A DNA stretch of 64,000 nucleotides from Terriglobia bacterium (GCA_963748015.1 CAVVHE010000005.1:352001-416000); one strand, 5' to 3'; positions 10,201 through 20,700 are shown, counted from the first letter of the stretch. The notes: a model not told the origin generated them from the sequence alone. Numbers and translations: made by a program.

Positions 10201-10577
10201 GCGCCGACCCGGCTGCCGTCGAGCGCGAGGCGCGCGAGGCGCTCGATGCGTTCGCGGCCTCGCCGCTGGCCGAGAGACTCCGCTCGGTCGACGTGCTCGG
10301 CCGAGAGGTCCCCGTGCTCCTTCGCGAGGAGGACGGCACGACGGTCGCCGGGTTTCTCGACCTGCTCTACCGCGACGCCGACGGCACCGTCGTCGTCGCC
10401 GACTACAAGACCGATCGCGCGCTCTCCGCGGACGAGGCGGAGACGCGTTACGGCGCCCAGCTCGGCGCCTACGCCGAAACGGTGCGGCGCGCGATGCGCC
10501 TCACCGCCCCGCCCCGCACCGAGCTGTGGCTCGTTCGCCGCGGGGAGATCCTGCTCGTCCGGGAAGAACCCGGGTGA
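7254..10577 (+). CDS. addA: AddA-like UvrD/SF1 helicase with C-terminal RecB-type nuclease
   Basis: True start is ATG 7254 inside ORF 4185..10577. Motifs AGAGTGKT, ITFTEKAAGEM, VDEFQDT, VGDPKQSIYRFRGAD, TVHKAKGLE, YVALTRAR, LDLLY..ADYKT..QLGAY. Confidence 0.9.
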   Translation: MTPRALPDAAARLEATTRFDANVVVEAGAGTGKTSILVERLLVAVGAGLVRVGEFAAITFTEKAAGEMRDRLAEGLERLRLGAGGRVEPDLAEAWGRALDHLLRERGVEATEVAARALAALADLDRATVATIHRFCADLLRAYPFDAGVDPGFDVDQGPIFQELLDEEWERFLAEELGPRAGRAELWRGLLERLPLGTIRKLAFGLSAFSVPESLLRPDARGDDAPSPFREEAAALAASVLSVLDRQKGMTPSGLEKLRLYHRALDTLAREGPAAFLDLAGRAENVATIEKGIPTASKPVGGVTPEELKSVAGAALSLVRELAKVDDGVFRLLVEAAAPFARRARARLLERGAVNFDGLLSLARDLLREHPDVRDDVRRRYRMLLVDEFQDTDPLQYEIVLYLAGRSGERGIDPFDLALEPGRLFIVGDPKQSIYRFRGADYAAFLRAVDRVLEQGGSKLDLVANFRSVDAVIEPVNGLFRAQWTERRPYQPPYVAIASAREDQAADPRVEIRTVRAVGAEARREAEGKEIARCVAEILREGKRKAGDVMLLLRAFTHLPFYLRPLREAGIPFIVDGGRQFLERTEVTHLMAALRALARPSDPAALLAFLRSPAGGVPDHELAVYAAGGGSWRYSTEPDPAAYPGISRAFGLLRELARETEDLPADVLVREVLARSGLLPLAGFAYEGAQRVANLRKLAAAAADLARDGTLSLNEVLDALESERAGAVEGDSPLAGEGHEAVRVLTVHKAKGLESRIVLVADLAREGRRGGLSPDEEVGIAALPGGGAALALKGAKLRNSARVWLEREEKRHEEAEDLRTFYVALTRARERLILFAAKPKAGAPWIEALAPWGYAPDAPPGDGERIADRMVLHVAARDAAPVKRGTDLPEGEPEAVAAWESAVRAVKDTARAPFRRPSGIREDKAARHDDAEGDAAAAAPARDVALAAGTAVHAALEQWDPRSGAPLAAGLPELAARAAAEHGADPAAVEREAREALDAFAASPLAERLRSVDVLGREVPVLLREEDGTTVAGFLDLLYRDADGTVVVADYKTDRALSADEAETRYGAQLGAYAETVRRAMRLTAPPRTELWLVRRGEILLVREEPG

Positions 10578-10602
10578 CCGCCCTGGGATCCGTGGGGCCC
10601 GC

Positions 10603-11076
10603 TCAGGCCTTGCGGACCAGCCTCGCGTCCAGCTCGAAGGGCGCGATCCCCGCTACCGCGATTCGCGAGGCGTCGGGATGGAGAGGATTGAGCAGGAAGT
10701 TGCTTTCCGCCGGGATGACCGCCGACGGAACGCGGAGCACGGCGGACTTCCTCCCGTCGAGCCACTTCGTGCCGAGCTGCTGGAGGCGGCGCGAGGCGGG
10801 GACATTCCGCCAATCGCGCGGCAGGGCGCTTGCGGGGAGCTCGGAGATCTCGAGAGCGTCGGGGATCTCGATTTCGATGGCCACGAGGTCCGCGGGAGCG
10901 TGGTCCACGCCCACGTGGACGAGCAGCTCGAGGGCGGCGAGGGAGAGCGTGGCCGCGGTGTAGACGATCCGCGATCCCTTCTCGTGCCAGCGCCCGGCGG
11001 CGACGGTCCCGCCCTTTCCGCTCAGCGGCTCTTCGGCGTGCGGTTTCCTGCAGAGTCGCCAGACACGCACTGGCAC
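10603..11076 (-). CDS. RES-domain toxin (MbcT/ParT-like NAD+-consuming enzyme)
   Basis: GTG start shares a base with the antitoxin TAG; VWRL, GRWH, IVYTA, ALELLVH, VPSAVIP and NFLLNPLHPD motifs. Confidence 0.92.
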   Translation of the reverse strand: MPVRVWRLCRKPHAEEPLSGKGGTVAAGRWHEKGSRIVYTAATLSLAALELLVHVGVDHAPADLVAIEIEIPDALEISELPASALPRDWRNVPASRRLQQLGTKWLDGRKSAVLRVPSAVIPAESNFLLNPLHPDASRIAVAGIAPFELDARLVRKA

Positions 11077-11525
11077 TAGCTGAAGATCCCGTGATTGATC
11101 CGCTCCAGGACTTCCTCGACCTGGCGCTCGCCGATCTCGGTGTCGAGGAGCTGGAGAGGCGCCGTGCCGGCCAGCGCGCGATTCGGCCGGCCGAGCCAGC
11201 CCTTGGCCTTGCCGAGGGATCCCAAGACTTCCGAGGCCAGGAGCGTCATGTAGGCCAGCCGGTAGAGCCGGTCCGACTCGGCGGGAGCGAGGCGCCGCGC
11301 CACCTTCCTGCGGGCCAGCGTGCGCGGCGCGACTCCTAGCAGGCGCGAGACCTCGCCGGACCGGACCTCGATGACGCGAACCAGGGCCTCGAGAGCGGCG
11401 TAGGGTAGCCCCTTCCGCACCACTTCGAGCATCTGGCCGGCGTCGGTGATGCCCCCGCGGAACACGGCTCGCCCCCCGAGCAGGGCCGCGACCTTTCGCG
11501 TTTCCTCGGACTGAAGTTGTGCCAT
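11076..11525 (-). CDS. Xre/MbcA/ParS antitoxin (DUF2384)
   Basis: VRKGLP, HTH-like RTLARRK, ESDRLYRLA, AKGWLGRPNRAL, PLQLLDTEIG, ERINHGIFS. Confidence 0.92.
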   Translation of the reverse strand: MAQLQSEETRKVAALLGGRAVFRGGITDAGQMLEVVRKGLPYAALEALVRVIEVRSGEVSRLLGVAPRTLARRKVARRLAPAESDRLYRLAYMTLLASEVLGSLGKAKGWLGRPNRALAGTAPLQLLDTEIGERQVEEVLERINHGIFS

Positions 11526-11563
11526 ATGTCATTAATCGTACTGCCAAATGGCCGAAGCGCAAC
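11520..11563 (-). promoter_or_regulatory. Xre/RES promoter with two imperfect palindromes (putative autorepression operators)
   Basis: Minus strand TTGCGC-N16-TACGAT; TGCCATATGTCA (11520-11531) and TGCCAAATGGCC (11542-11553) are 22 bp apart. Confidence 0.5.
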
Positions 11564-11600
11564 CCCGCGAGCCGTGCGGCGGATTCCCCTGCCAGGCCGT

Positions 11601-14501
11601 CTACCTACCGCCCTCATCTCGCGCCTCGACGGCGATCGACTGCCCCGCGCGCGCGCCTGGCTTGGCGCTTCGCTTCTGCCTGGTGATGGGATCCTGGCCG
11701 ATGCCACCCTGATCGTGGGGGACGATGACGACGTCTTGCCCTACCCCGATGTTCCCGGATGCGTCCCTCGCCTGATACCGGATCGTGTACGTCCGGCCGG
11801 GACCGTTGCCGTCCCGCTCCGCTCGAAGCAGCACGTCGAAGTCCGGGGTGCCGAGGATCGCACCCTGGATGTCGTTCGTCGTGTTCCCGTCCCCTCCGCC
11901 CGGCGCGTCGTCCGGTTCGCTCGAAACAACGGAAGCCAGGATGACCTGGGGTGACGGATCGCAGGCATCGTGCGCGACGACGCGGCTGTGGACGCGATAC
12001 ATGGCGTGGTTCGGCGGCCACAGAGAGTGAGGCGTCGCCTCGACCGTCACCCATGGAAGTGTGTTATCCACGACGGTCACGACGGTCTGACACGTTGCAA
12101 TGTTCCCGGCATCATCCCTGGCGGTGAACGTCACCGTCGTCGAGCCCAGGGGGTACCAACCCGACGCGTCCGCCCCACCCGCGGTCCTGTCGTTGGTAAT
12201 GGGGACCGCTCCGAAGCAAAGGTCGGTCGCGGTCGCGGGGGGAAGGACAACCTGTGATTGCCCCGCGGCCTGGCATTCCGCCCGCATGCTCGACGGGCAG
12301 GTGACGACGGGCGGAGTGGTGTCCTGGACGGTGATGATCGTGCCGTCGGTTCCGGTCGCGCCCGCCCTGTCCGTGACCGTCAAGAGCACGCCGTGCTCTC
12401 CGAGAGGTAACGGGACGAACGCCGCTTCGGCGCTGGCCAGAGTGGTTCCGTTCTCCGACCAGACGAAACCGACGATGTCGTCGTTCGTACGCGGGGTCGA
12501 ATCGACGTCCGTGCTGGCCGAGCCGTCGAGCGCCGCCGTCGCCTTCCCGTCGCCCGTGCATTCCAGGACCTGGTCCGGACCGGCGTCGGCAACCGGCGGT
12601 TGGTTCGCGGGCCCGTATTCCCAATGATCGCCGACTCGAGGGCCATTGTGCCCCCCGAAGAGCACGACGAATCCTCGCGCGCTGTCATAGACCATCGCGA
12701 AATTCTCGCGGGCGGGCGGGCTCGTGGCCGGCGTCCTCTGAACCCACGTGTTCCCGTCCCACTCCCACGTGTCGGCGAGAAGCCCGCCCCTACTACCCCC
12801 GAAGAGCACGACGCGTCCCCGCGCGCTGTCATAGGCCATAGCGAAAAAATTGCGGGCTGGCGGGCTCGTGGCCGGCGCCCTCTGAACCCAAGTGTTCCCG
12901 TCCCATTCCCACGTATCGGCCGAATACGTGGTGGTCCCCCTGCCCCCGAAGAGCACGACGCGTCCCCGCGCGCCGTCGTAGGCCAACGCGTGGCCATCGC
13001 GTGCGGGTGGGCTCGTACTGGGCGTCGTCTGAACCCACGTGTTCCCGTCCCACTCCCAGGTGTCGGCAAGCCGATGACTGGTCCCGTCGTAGTAGCTGCC
13101 TCCGAACAGCACCACCCGTCCCCGCGCGCTGTCGTACGCCATCGCGTGCCATAGGCGGGGGGGCGGACTGACGGGGGGCGTCCGCTGAATCCAGGTATCC
13201 CCATCCCACTCCCACGTGTCGGCGAAGTAGTGCCACGACCCGTCGTAGCCGTACCCGCCAAAGAGCACCACGCGTCCCCGCGCGCTGTCGTACGCCATCG
13301 CGTGGCCATACCGGGCTGTTGGGCTCGTGGCGGGCGTTCTCTGAACCCAGGAGTTCCCGTCCCACTCCCACGTGTCGGCGCCGGCCCCGTGCCCACTGAA
13401 AAGCACCACGCGTTCCCGCGCGCTGTCGTACGCCATCGCGTGGTAACCGCGCTCTGACGGGCTCATGGGGTTCTGGACCCACGTGTTCCCGTCCCATTCC
13501 CACGTGTCGGTAAAGAGAGGCCCGCCCCCGTATCCCCCGAAGATCACGGCGCGTCCCCGCGCGCTGTCGTAGGCCATCGCGTGGTATTCGCGTCCGCGTG
13601 GGCTCGTGCTGGGGGTCCGCTGAATCCAGGTATCCCCATCCCACTCCCATGTATCCGCCAAAGGCAACCCCGTGCGGTCTGCCCCCCCGAAGAGCACGAC
13701 GCGTCCCCGCGCGCTGTCGTAGGCCATCGCGGGGCCTTCGCGTGCGGGTGGGCTCGTCGCGGGCGTCCGCTGAACCCACGTGTTCCCATCCCATTCCCAC
13801 GTGTCTGCGAGGACCTGCTCGGTCCAGGGGTAGGAGTTGCCTCCGTACAGCACGACGCGCCCTCTCGCGCTGTCGTACGCCATCGCGTGGTAAACGCGGG
13901 CGGGCGGGCTCGTGGCCGGCGTCCGCCGAACCCACGTGTTCCCGTCCCACTCCCACGTGTCGGCGAGAACGATGTCGTTGTCTTCGTCGTACCCCCCGAA
14001 GAGCACCACGCGTCCCCGCGCGCTGTCGTAGGCCATCGCGTGGCTATCGAGTGCGGGTGGGCTCGTGAGTGGCGTCCGCCGAACCCACGTGTTCCCGTCC
14101 CATTCCCAGGTGTCGGCGCGCCCACCCCACCCCCCGAAGAGCACCACGCGTCCCCGCGCGCTGTCGTAGGCCATCGCGTGATCGACGCGCGCGGATGGCC
14201 TCGTTGCGGGTGTCCGCTGAACCCACGAATTCCCGTCCCACTCCAGCGTATCGGCCAAAAGACCACTCGCCATTCCTCCGAAGAGCACGACGCGCCCCCG
14301 CGCGCTGTCGTAGGCCATCGCGTGGCCAGCGCGGGTTGGCGGGATCTTGACGACCCACTTGACCGTGTCGGAAGTCGCCTCCACCTCTCCTGTCGCGGCC
14401 ACGTTCGTGGGGGCCGGGTCCAGGGCGACGACCGCCGGCGGGGCGGCCGCGAGCAGGCCGCACGCGACGACGAGAAGCCGCGGAAGACGTATCACCGCCA
14501 T
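11601..14501 (-). CDS. Secreted 12-blade Kelch-like beta-propeller protein with PKD, HYR and LWPPNH Ig-like domains (paralog P1, intact)
   Basis: ATG 14501 after GGAGG; signal peptide; 12x AMAYDSARGRVVLFGG-loop-ADTWEWDG; NQPPVADAGPDQ (PKD); DTTPPVVTCP..YPLGSTTVTFTA (HYR); LWPPNH..LRAERDG. Confidence 0.9.
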   Translation of the reverse strand: MAVIRLPRLLVVACGLLAAAPPAVVALDPAPTNVAATGEVEATSDTVKWVVKIPPTRAGHAMAYDSARGRVVLFGGMASGLLADTLEWDGNSWVQRTPATRPSARVDHAMAYDSARGRVVLFGGWGGRADTWEWDGNTWVRRTPLTSPPALDSHAMAYDSARGRVVLFGGYDEDNDIVLADTWEWDGNTWVRRTPATSPPARVYHAMAYDSARGRVVLYGGNSYPWTEQVLADTWEWDGNTWVQRTPATSPPAREGPAMAYDSARGRVVLFGGADRTGLPLADTWEWDGDTWIQRTPSTSPRGREYHAMAYDSARGRAVIFGGYGGGPLFTDTWEWDGNTWVQNPMSPSERGYHAMAYDSARERVVLFSGHGAGADTWEWDGNSWVQRTPATSPTARYGHAMAYDSARGRVVLFGGYGYDGSWHYFADTWEWDGDTWIQRTPPVSPPPRLWHAMAYDSARGRVVLFGGSYYDGTSHRLADTWEWDGNTWVQTTPSTSPPARDGHALAYDGARGRVVLFGGRGTTTYSADTWEWDGNTWVQRAPATSPPARNFFAMAYDSARGRVVLFGGSRGGLLADTWEWDGNTWVQRTPATSPPARENFAMVYDSARGFVVLFGGHNGPRVGDHWEYGPANQPPVADAGPDQVLECTGDGKATAALDGSASTDVDSTPRTNDDIVGFVWSENGTTLASAEAAFVPLPLGEHGVLLTVTDRAGATGTDGTIITVQDTTPPVVTCPSSMRAECQAAGQSQVVLPPATATDLCFGAVPITNDRTAGGADASGWYPLGSTTVTFTARDDAGNIATCQTVVTVVDNTLPWVTVEATPHSLWPPNHAMYRVHSRVVAHDACDPSPQVILASVVSSEPDDAPGGGDGNTTNDIQGAILGTPDFDVLLRAERDGNGPGRTYTIRYQARDASGNIGVGQDVVIVPHDQGGIGQDPITRQKRSAKPGARAGQSIAVEARDEGGR

Positions 14502-14669
14502 GACCCGCCTCCTGCTCCGAGGCGCGCGCGGAAGGGGTTGGGCCGGGCCGCGCGGACCTCGACACCCCACCTGCGGTCCCTATACGCCACGTCGGGTGGC
14601 GAAACAACGCGATCTTTCGAATCTTGCGGGAGGCCCGTCCTTCCCGAGGAAGTCGTGGGAGTACCCGCC
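14502..14669 (-). promoter_or_regulatory. Leader/promoter of P1, homologous to the region upstream of P4
   Basis: Shares blocks with 39445-39607 (gacccgcctcctg, ccctatac, ggcccgtcctt, gagtacccgcc); minus strand TTGTTT-N17-TATAGG. Confidence 0.55.
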
Positions 14670-14769
14670 CTGGAACCGCGAGCCACCGCGCCGTGCCGTC
14701 GCCGCGCGGAGGCATGTCGGGTAGCTCTCCGGCGCTCCACGGTCGCTCTCACGCCCTGATCTCGCCCGC

Positions 14770-17700
14770 TCACCTGCAGGCCGACGGGTCGGTGCCGATC
14801 TGAATGTCGCGAGCCGTCGGCGTCTGGCCGGATCCGCTCTCCTGCGGCGCTCCGCTCGAGTAGGAGAACGGGGCGACGTTGCAGGTCGCTCCACGGGCGA
14901 GATAGTAGAACGCCTGCCCGGGCGCGAGGATGCTCCCGTCGGTCGCGGACGCGCCGAGCACGTCGTCGACCGCGCACGCGAACACGCTGCCCGTGAAGGT
15001 CCCGCCCGTACGGAGAGCGCCGAGATCCCCGCGGACCATGTCGGTCCAGCCGTCGGCCCCCCAGGACAGGGTGAGGCCCTGGTCCGGCTCGACGCCGTCG
15101 AGACCGCCGGTCTTCCCGACCAGGAGCGGCCCCGTCCACGTCAGGGTCCCGGTGGTCGGGCACCCGACGGCCACGGTCGTGCTCGCCGTGCCCGCGCAGG
15201 ATTGCAGCGTCGAGCAGCGGACGTCCACGACGTAGGTCGTCGCCGCGGCGGGCGTGTCGACGAAGCTGCCGAGATCCGACCAGTCCTGCACCGTGACGCC
15301 TCCCACGGAGAACCGGAACTGCAGCGTGCCGCCCAGGCACCGGTCGGCGACCGAGCCGGCGGCGTCCAGCACGACCTGCTGTCCCGGGCCCGCGATCGCG
15401 GGGGGGCTGGCGACCAGGCTCGCGGTCACCGACCCGCAGGTGCTCGGGCACGCAGGGAGGCCGGTGTTCGGAGCCGTGTCCGCGGCGAGGGTGGCCGGCG
15501 ACGTCAGGGCGTTCGAGATCTCGACATCGTCGATGTACCACCCGTCGTCGGTCGGCCGAGGGGCGAAGGACGCGCCCATGCCCGATATCAGGTCTGGGGA
15601 GTCGCCCAACTTGATGGTGGACACGAGGAACCGGACGCGAACGGCCCGGCCCCTGAACCGGTCGAGGCTGAAGCGCGTCTCGACCCAGGTGCCGCGGTTG
15701 ATCGAGCCCCTCATGCCGACCGGATCGTCCGAGGCGCGCTGCGTGTTGCCGGCGATGTACGGGCTGCGCCAGTTCGTGTCGCCCTGCTGCGAGAAGACCC
15801 ACTCCGGCCAACAGGTCGAGGATGGCCCGTAGTACCGGTTCGGGTCGGCCGGGTCGAAGTAGCTGTCCTCGTCGTTGCCGTCGTCGATCGGGTCGAAGGT
15901 GCAGTTGATGTAGTTGTGGGTCGGCTGGACGTCGTAGACATTCTGGTACGGGTAGATCTTCTGCCAGATCCCCACGAGCGGGTCGATGCCGAGGTCCGCG
16001 ACCTGGAGGGCCACGACGGCCCGATCGGCTCCCTGGAGGTACGCGTCGCCCAGCACGCGGTAGTCGATCAGCGCGATCTGGTGCTTGAAGGACAGCTCCG
16101 GCGGGTCGGTGTACCCCAGGTAGACGGGGTTGGTCATCGCGAGAGCCTGGAGCGCCGAAAGCGCCTCCGTGTCCTTGTCCGGATTGGTCGGGTCCTTGTG
16201 AACCCCCCAGTGCACGGACTGGTTGCCGACGAAGGCGCGGCCGCCGTCGGCGTTGGACGTCCGGTGGACGTGCCAGACGTACGGAGCCACGACGCCGTAG
16301 CTGAATCCCGGGTAGCAGTAGGTCTCGCCGTACGAGTTCGAGTTCGGGAAATCGGGGTCGTTGTACTGGCAGCGGGTGCCGTCTGCCAGGAGCGTGGAGT
16401 GCGCCGGGTCCACGGCGGTGTACTGCGAGTCCAGCGACATCGAGGTGAAGGTGCCGAAGTCGCCGGGGCCCCCCGTCCCCTCGAAGCCCTCGACGAAGGT
16501 CGTCGGGGCGCCGCCGCCGCTCACGTCGAGATCGAGGTCCTGCGTGATCGGCTGCGCGCGATCCGCGGAGTCGAACTGGTCCGAGGACAGCGTGACGTTG
16601 AACGTCGCGGAGATGTCGGTCAGCTCCTGCCCGACCTGCCGGTTCACGGTCGAGGCCACCTTCCAGACGAAGGGCGTCGGGATCTCGAGCGTGGCGCCCT
16701 TCGGCAGGGACGGCAGCACGATGGACGGCTGGAGGATGCAGTCGACGGACGGGCTGTTGCTGGCCAGGCGCGCGACGAGGTTCGTGAGGTCCTTCCCCGT
16801 CTTGTTCGAGACCGTGATGAACATGTTCACGGTCTCGCTCGTGTCGGCGAAGGAGTCGCCGTCGCCCTTGCCCGCGTCGTTCGTGATCCGGCTGCTCTTC
16901 ACGACCACCCTGCCCGTGGACACGTTGATCGTGACGGCCGCCTGCACGAGGCCCCAGCTGGACGCGTTCGGGCCCGGCTGGCAGGGATGGCCCGTACCGT
17001 CGTCCGGATCGGCGTAGGTGAGGGTCACCTTCGGCTGGACCGTCCCCTCGGGGCGGACGTACAGCGTGCCGGGGGACTCGTAGGCCGAGGAGACCGGCAG
17101 GTTCGCCCGGAACACCCGGGAGCCGGGCGTCGTCTCGTTCAGGACCACCCACTCGCCCGCCGGGTCGGCGAGCGACGTCGCGTGCACGTAAACGTCGCGA
17201 CGGCCGTCGCCGTCGCAGTCCGTGCCGTCGATGCCGGCGTCGGTGTACACGCCGTTGTGGTCGCAGTCGTTGTTGCCGCCCGCGGGCTGACCGGGCGAGG
17301 TGTCGGTCACCGTGATGTCGAGCCGCCCGAGGCTGTTGTAGCTCTGGGTGGTCGCGACGTCGAGCGTGGCGCACGACCCGGTGGCGCAGTTCGTGGTCGT
17401 GTCCTCGACGACCCGGGACTCCTTCCACTCGAGGACCATGTCGTCGATCGCCAGTCCGTAGCCCCTGGCCTGCGGCGGGTAGCCCGAGATCGCCTCGTTG
17501 ACCATGTAGCCCACGGCGCCCTGCCAGTGGATGCCGTCAGGACCGTACGTGTCCTCGAAGATCCAGAACCTGCCGTCGATGAAGCCGTTGACGGCCATCA
17601 TGTTCATGTTGCGCAGAGGCCCGTTCTTCTTGACGAACTGGTCGGTGGTCGTGGTCGGATCGAAGCTGCACGTCCCGTCGTAGCTCGGCGGCTAAGCAGA

Positions 17701-20700
17701 CGGCCGCCGCGGTGCTCGCGGTGCAGGAGGTCTGCTTGTCGTTCGGGTTCGACGGGTTGTTGCACCAGCCGTTCCGGAGATCGTCGTCGACCGGGTGCGG
17801 GAAGACCGGCGGGACGAGTCGTCCCGCGTCGCCGGCCTGCTCGAAGACGCAGCAGTTCTTGGCTTCGCGGTTCCCTCCGGCCGTGCCGTTCCGGGTGATC
17901 GTGTTGCTGTAGTCCGCGAACTGCGGGTAGCCGTTGAAGAGAGGCCAATTCCCGCCGTGGAGCGCGCCGATCGGGCCGAGCATGCTGTTGAACCGGACGT
18001 TGTCACCGGTGAGCGTGATGGGCCGCAGCGAGTCCGTGTCGGTGTCCAGCTCCCAGCTCAGGCGGGTCCAGGAGTCGGGGAGGTCGATCTCCATGTTCCA
18101 CGCCCAGTTGGTGAACTGCGTCGTGTAGACGTAGCGGCCATCGGCGTCCTGGTCCAGGTTGACCTTGGAGACGATCGGCGTCTCGAGGTTCTCCCACCAG
18201 AACCGGCCGCCGCCCGCCGTCGACGGGAACGGCTCGGTTCGCTGGCACTGGCCCAGCGTCGAGCCGTCGACCATGCAAGTCACCGTGCTGACGCTGCCGA
18301 TGGTTCCGGTGTGCCAGACGCCGCCCGTGAGCTGGCCAGACGCCTTGGTCTCCCAGCCGCAGCCGCCGAGCGTGCTCCAGTTCTGGTCGAGCACCCCGTT
18401 GGCCGGGTCGCGGTCCTCGCCGGCGTCGAGAACGTTGTTGAAGTTCCTGTCCTCGCCCCAGTTCGCGGGGAGCGGGGAAAGGGTCGTCGTGCTGTTGATC
18501 ACGATACCGGACGTGAACCCGCCGTTGTTCGTGTCGAAGTTCCACGGGGCCTGGATGCCCGTGTTGCGGGTTCCTCCCTGCGTCAGGTCGGACCAGGTCA
18601 CGCTCTCGAAGCGGTAGTCGCAGGCGTTGTTCACGTCACCGAGGAACGTCGCCGGGTTCTCGATCGTCTCGTTGTTGTTCCAGTCGTAGTACTCGCTGCC
18701 GCCCGTCGGGAAGTCGGTCGAGTAGTACAGCGCCTGCTCGTTCGCGTTCAGCCACGTCCGGTACACGGAGAGGCCTTCCGCCGGCTTGCCGGACTTCTTC
18801 GCGGAGATCCCGAGCAGGAGGTCGACGTCGTACAGGCCGGTGAAGTGCCCCATCTGGATCGTGAAGCTGATGGCGAACACCGGCGCGGTGAACCGGGCAT
18901 ACTGCAGGACGAGGGAGGGAATGAAGCCGATGTTCTTCGGCGAATCGAGCACCCTCAGGATCGACGGGTCGACGACCGGGTTGTTGGTGCGGTTCGGGTC
19001 GGCGCAGTCCCTCGAGAACGGCCAGCAGCTCTGCGGGCTGTCGGTGTCGTGGAGCACGGCCTCGAGGGTCGCGACGGCGTCCTCGAGGTCCGCGCTGTCG
19101 AACTGCCGGATCGCGATCTGGAAGTCGATCAGCTCGCCGTGGTCCATGTACTGGTCGGGGTAGCCGTAGATGGAGGTGAAGTAACCGCGGGCGTCGCGCT
19201 CGCAGCCGCCGTTCACCGCCGCGGAGGCGTTCTGCCCGTACAGCGTGAACTTGAGGCCGCCGAACTCGAACTGCACGCGGCAGATCACGGGCTTCACGGC
19301 CGTACGGGTCGCGCCGATGTCGCCGTACACGACGCGGACGTACTGGCCGTCTCGCAGCGTCGAGCGCCCCGTTCCCGGGATCGGGGACCGTGCCGGCGCT
19401 GATCGCGATGAGGCCCGACGTCCAGACGTGTCCGACCGTGTTGGTGAAGGTCAGGCCGGTCTCGGTGTCCACGACGACGTCGTCGGCCGTCCCGTAGATC
19501 CGATCGACCCCGGGATCCACGACCTCGACGAGGACGCGCGAAGAGATGAGGGCCGGGGTGTGGCCCACCGTCGGGTCGGCGACGTCCTCGAACTCGTCGA
19601 TCACGACCTGCGCCTTGTCGTCGCAGGCGAAGTCGCCGACGACGACCGCGTCGGCGCCGCCCACCGTGCGGTGGACTTCGATGCCGGCCCACGAGCCGCG
19701 GCTCACCGCACCGGCGATCGCGAGGGCGTACTTCTGCGGGCCCGAGGGAACGGTGACGCCGGTGACGCTCACGGTCCAGGTGCCCGCCTCGAGCTGGTTG
19801 GAGGACGGGTCGGACGGGTTGAAGGCCGGCGACAGGAAGATCGCCTCGGTCGGGTTCTTGCGGTCCCAGATGTTCGCGAGGGTCTGGTGCGCGGAGTCGT
19901 AAGGCAGACTCCAGCGCGACGCGTCCACGAGGCCCGTGACGCACCAGGGAGCGAGCTGGCAGTCCTCGCCGACGTCCAGCGCGCGGTTCCGGTTGAGGTC
20001 GTCGGTGAAGTAGTTGCCGGCGTAGGTCCTGCCGCTCGGCGAGACGAGCGTGAGATCGAGGTCGTCGGCCATCAAGTCGCCCTGGGCCTCGACCCAGGAC
20101 AGGCCGACCCGGAGCTCGTGCGAGGTGTCGTTCACCGTGAAGGCGAACGACTGGACGGCGCCCTGACCGATGCTCCCGGCCAGCGTCGTGTCGTTCTTGC
20201 CGCCTGGGATCCCGCCGTCCGCGACGATCATCGAGGGCGGGCTCGGGTACGTGGAGAGCGGGAGGACGTTGTTGAGCTGGATCTTCCCGTACCCCTGCTC
20301 GTAGTTGAAGCGATACTTCGCGTACAGGTTCGAAGAGTAATAGGCGTCCGTGAAGTCCAGGAAGTCGCCGGACAGCATCAGCACGGTCTTGAGCAGCGCG
20401 CCCGAGAGGTTCGGCACCTCGTTCGCGTCGCCCTGCGTGCCGGTCGGATAGAAGCCCTGCGCGAAGTAGTCGCGGACCAGCAGGCCCGCGCCGGCCGCGG
20501 CGGCGGCCGCGAAGCTGCTGTTGCCCTGGCTGCTCGGGATGTCGCACTGGACCGGGTTGAGCTGGTCGTTGTCGTCCGAACGGCAAGCGTACGTGGAGTA
20601 CTGGCCGAGGCTGCCGGCGTCCGAGCCGGGCGCCATGATCAGAGGCGTGATCCGCTGGGAGGCCGCGCTGGCCGGGCCGGTGCCCGACGTCTGCACGCGC

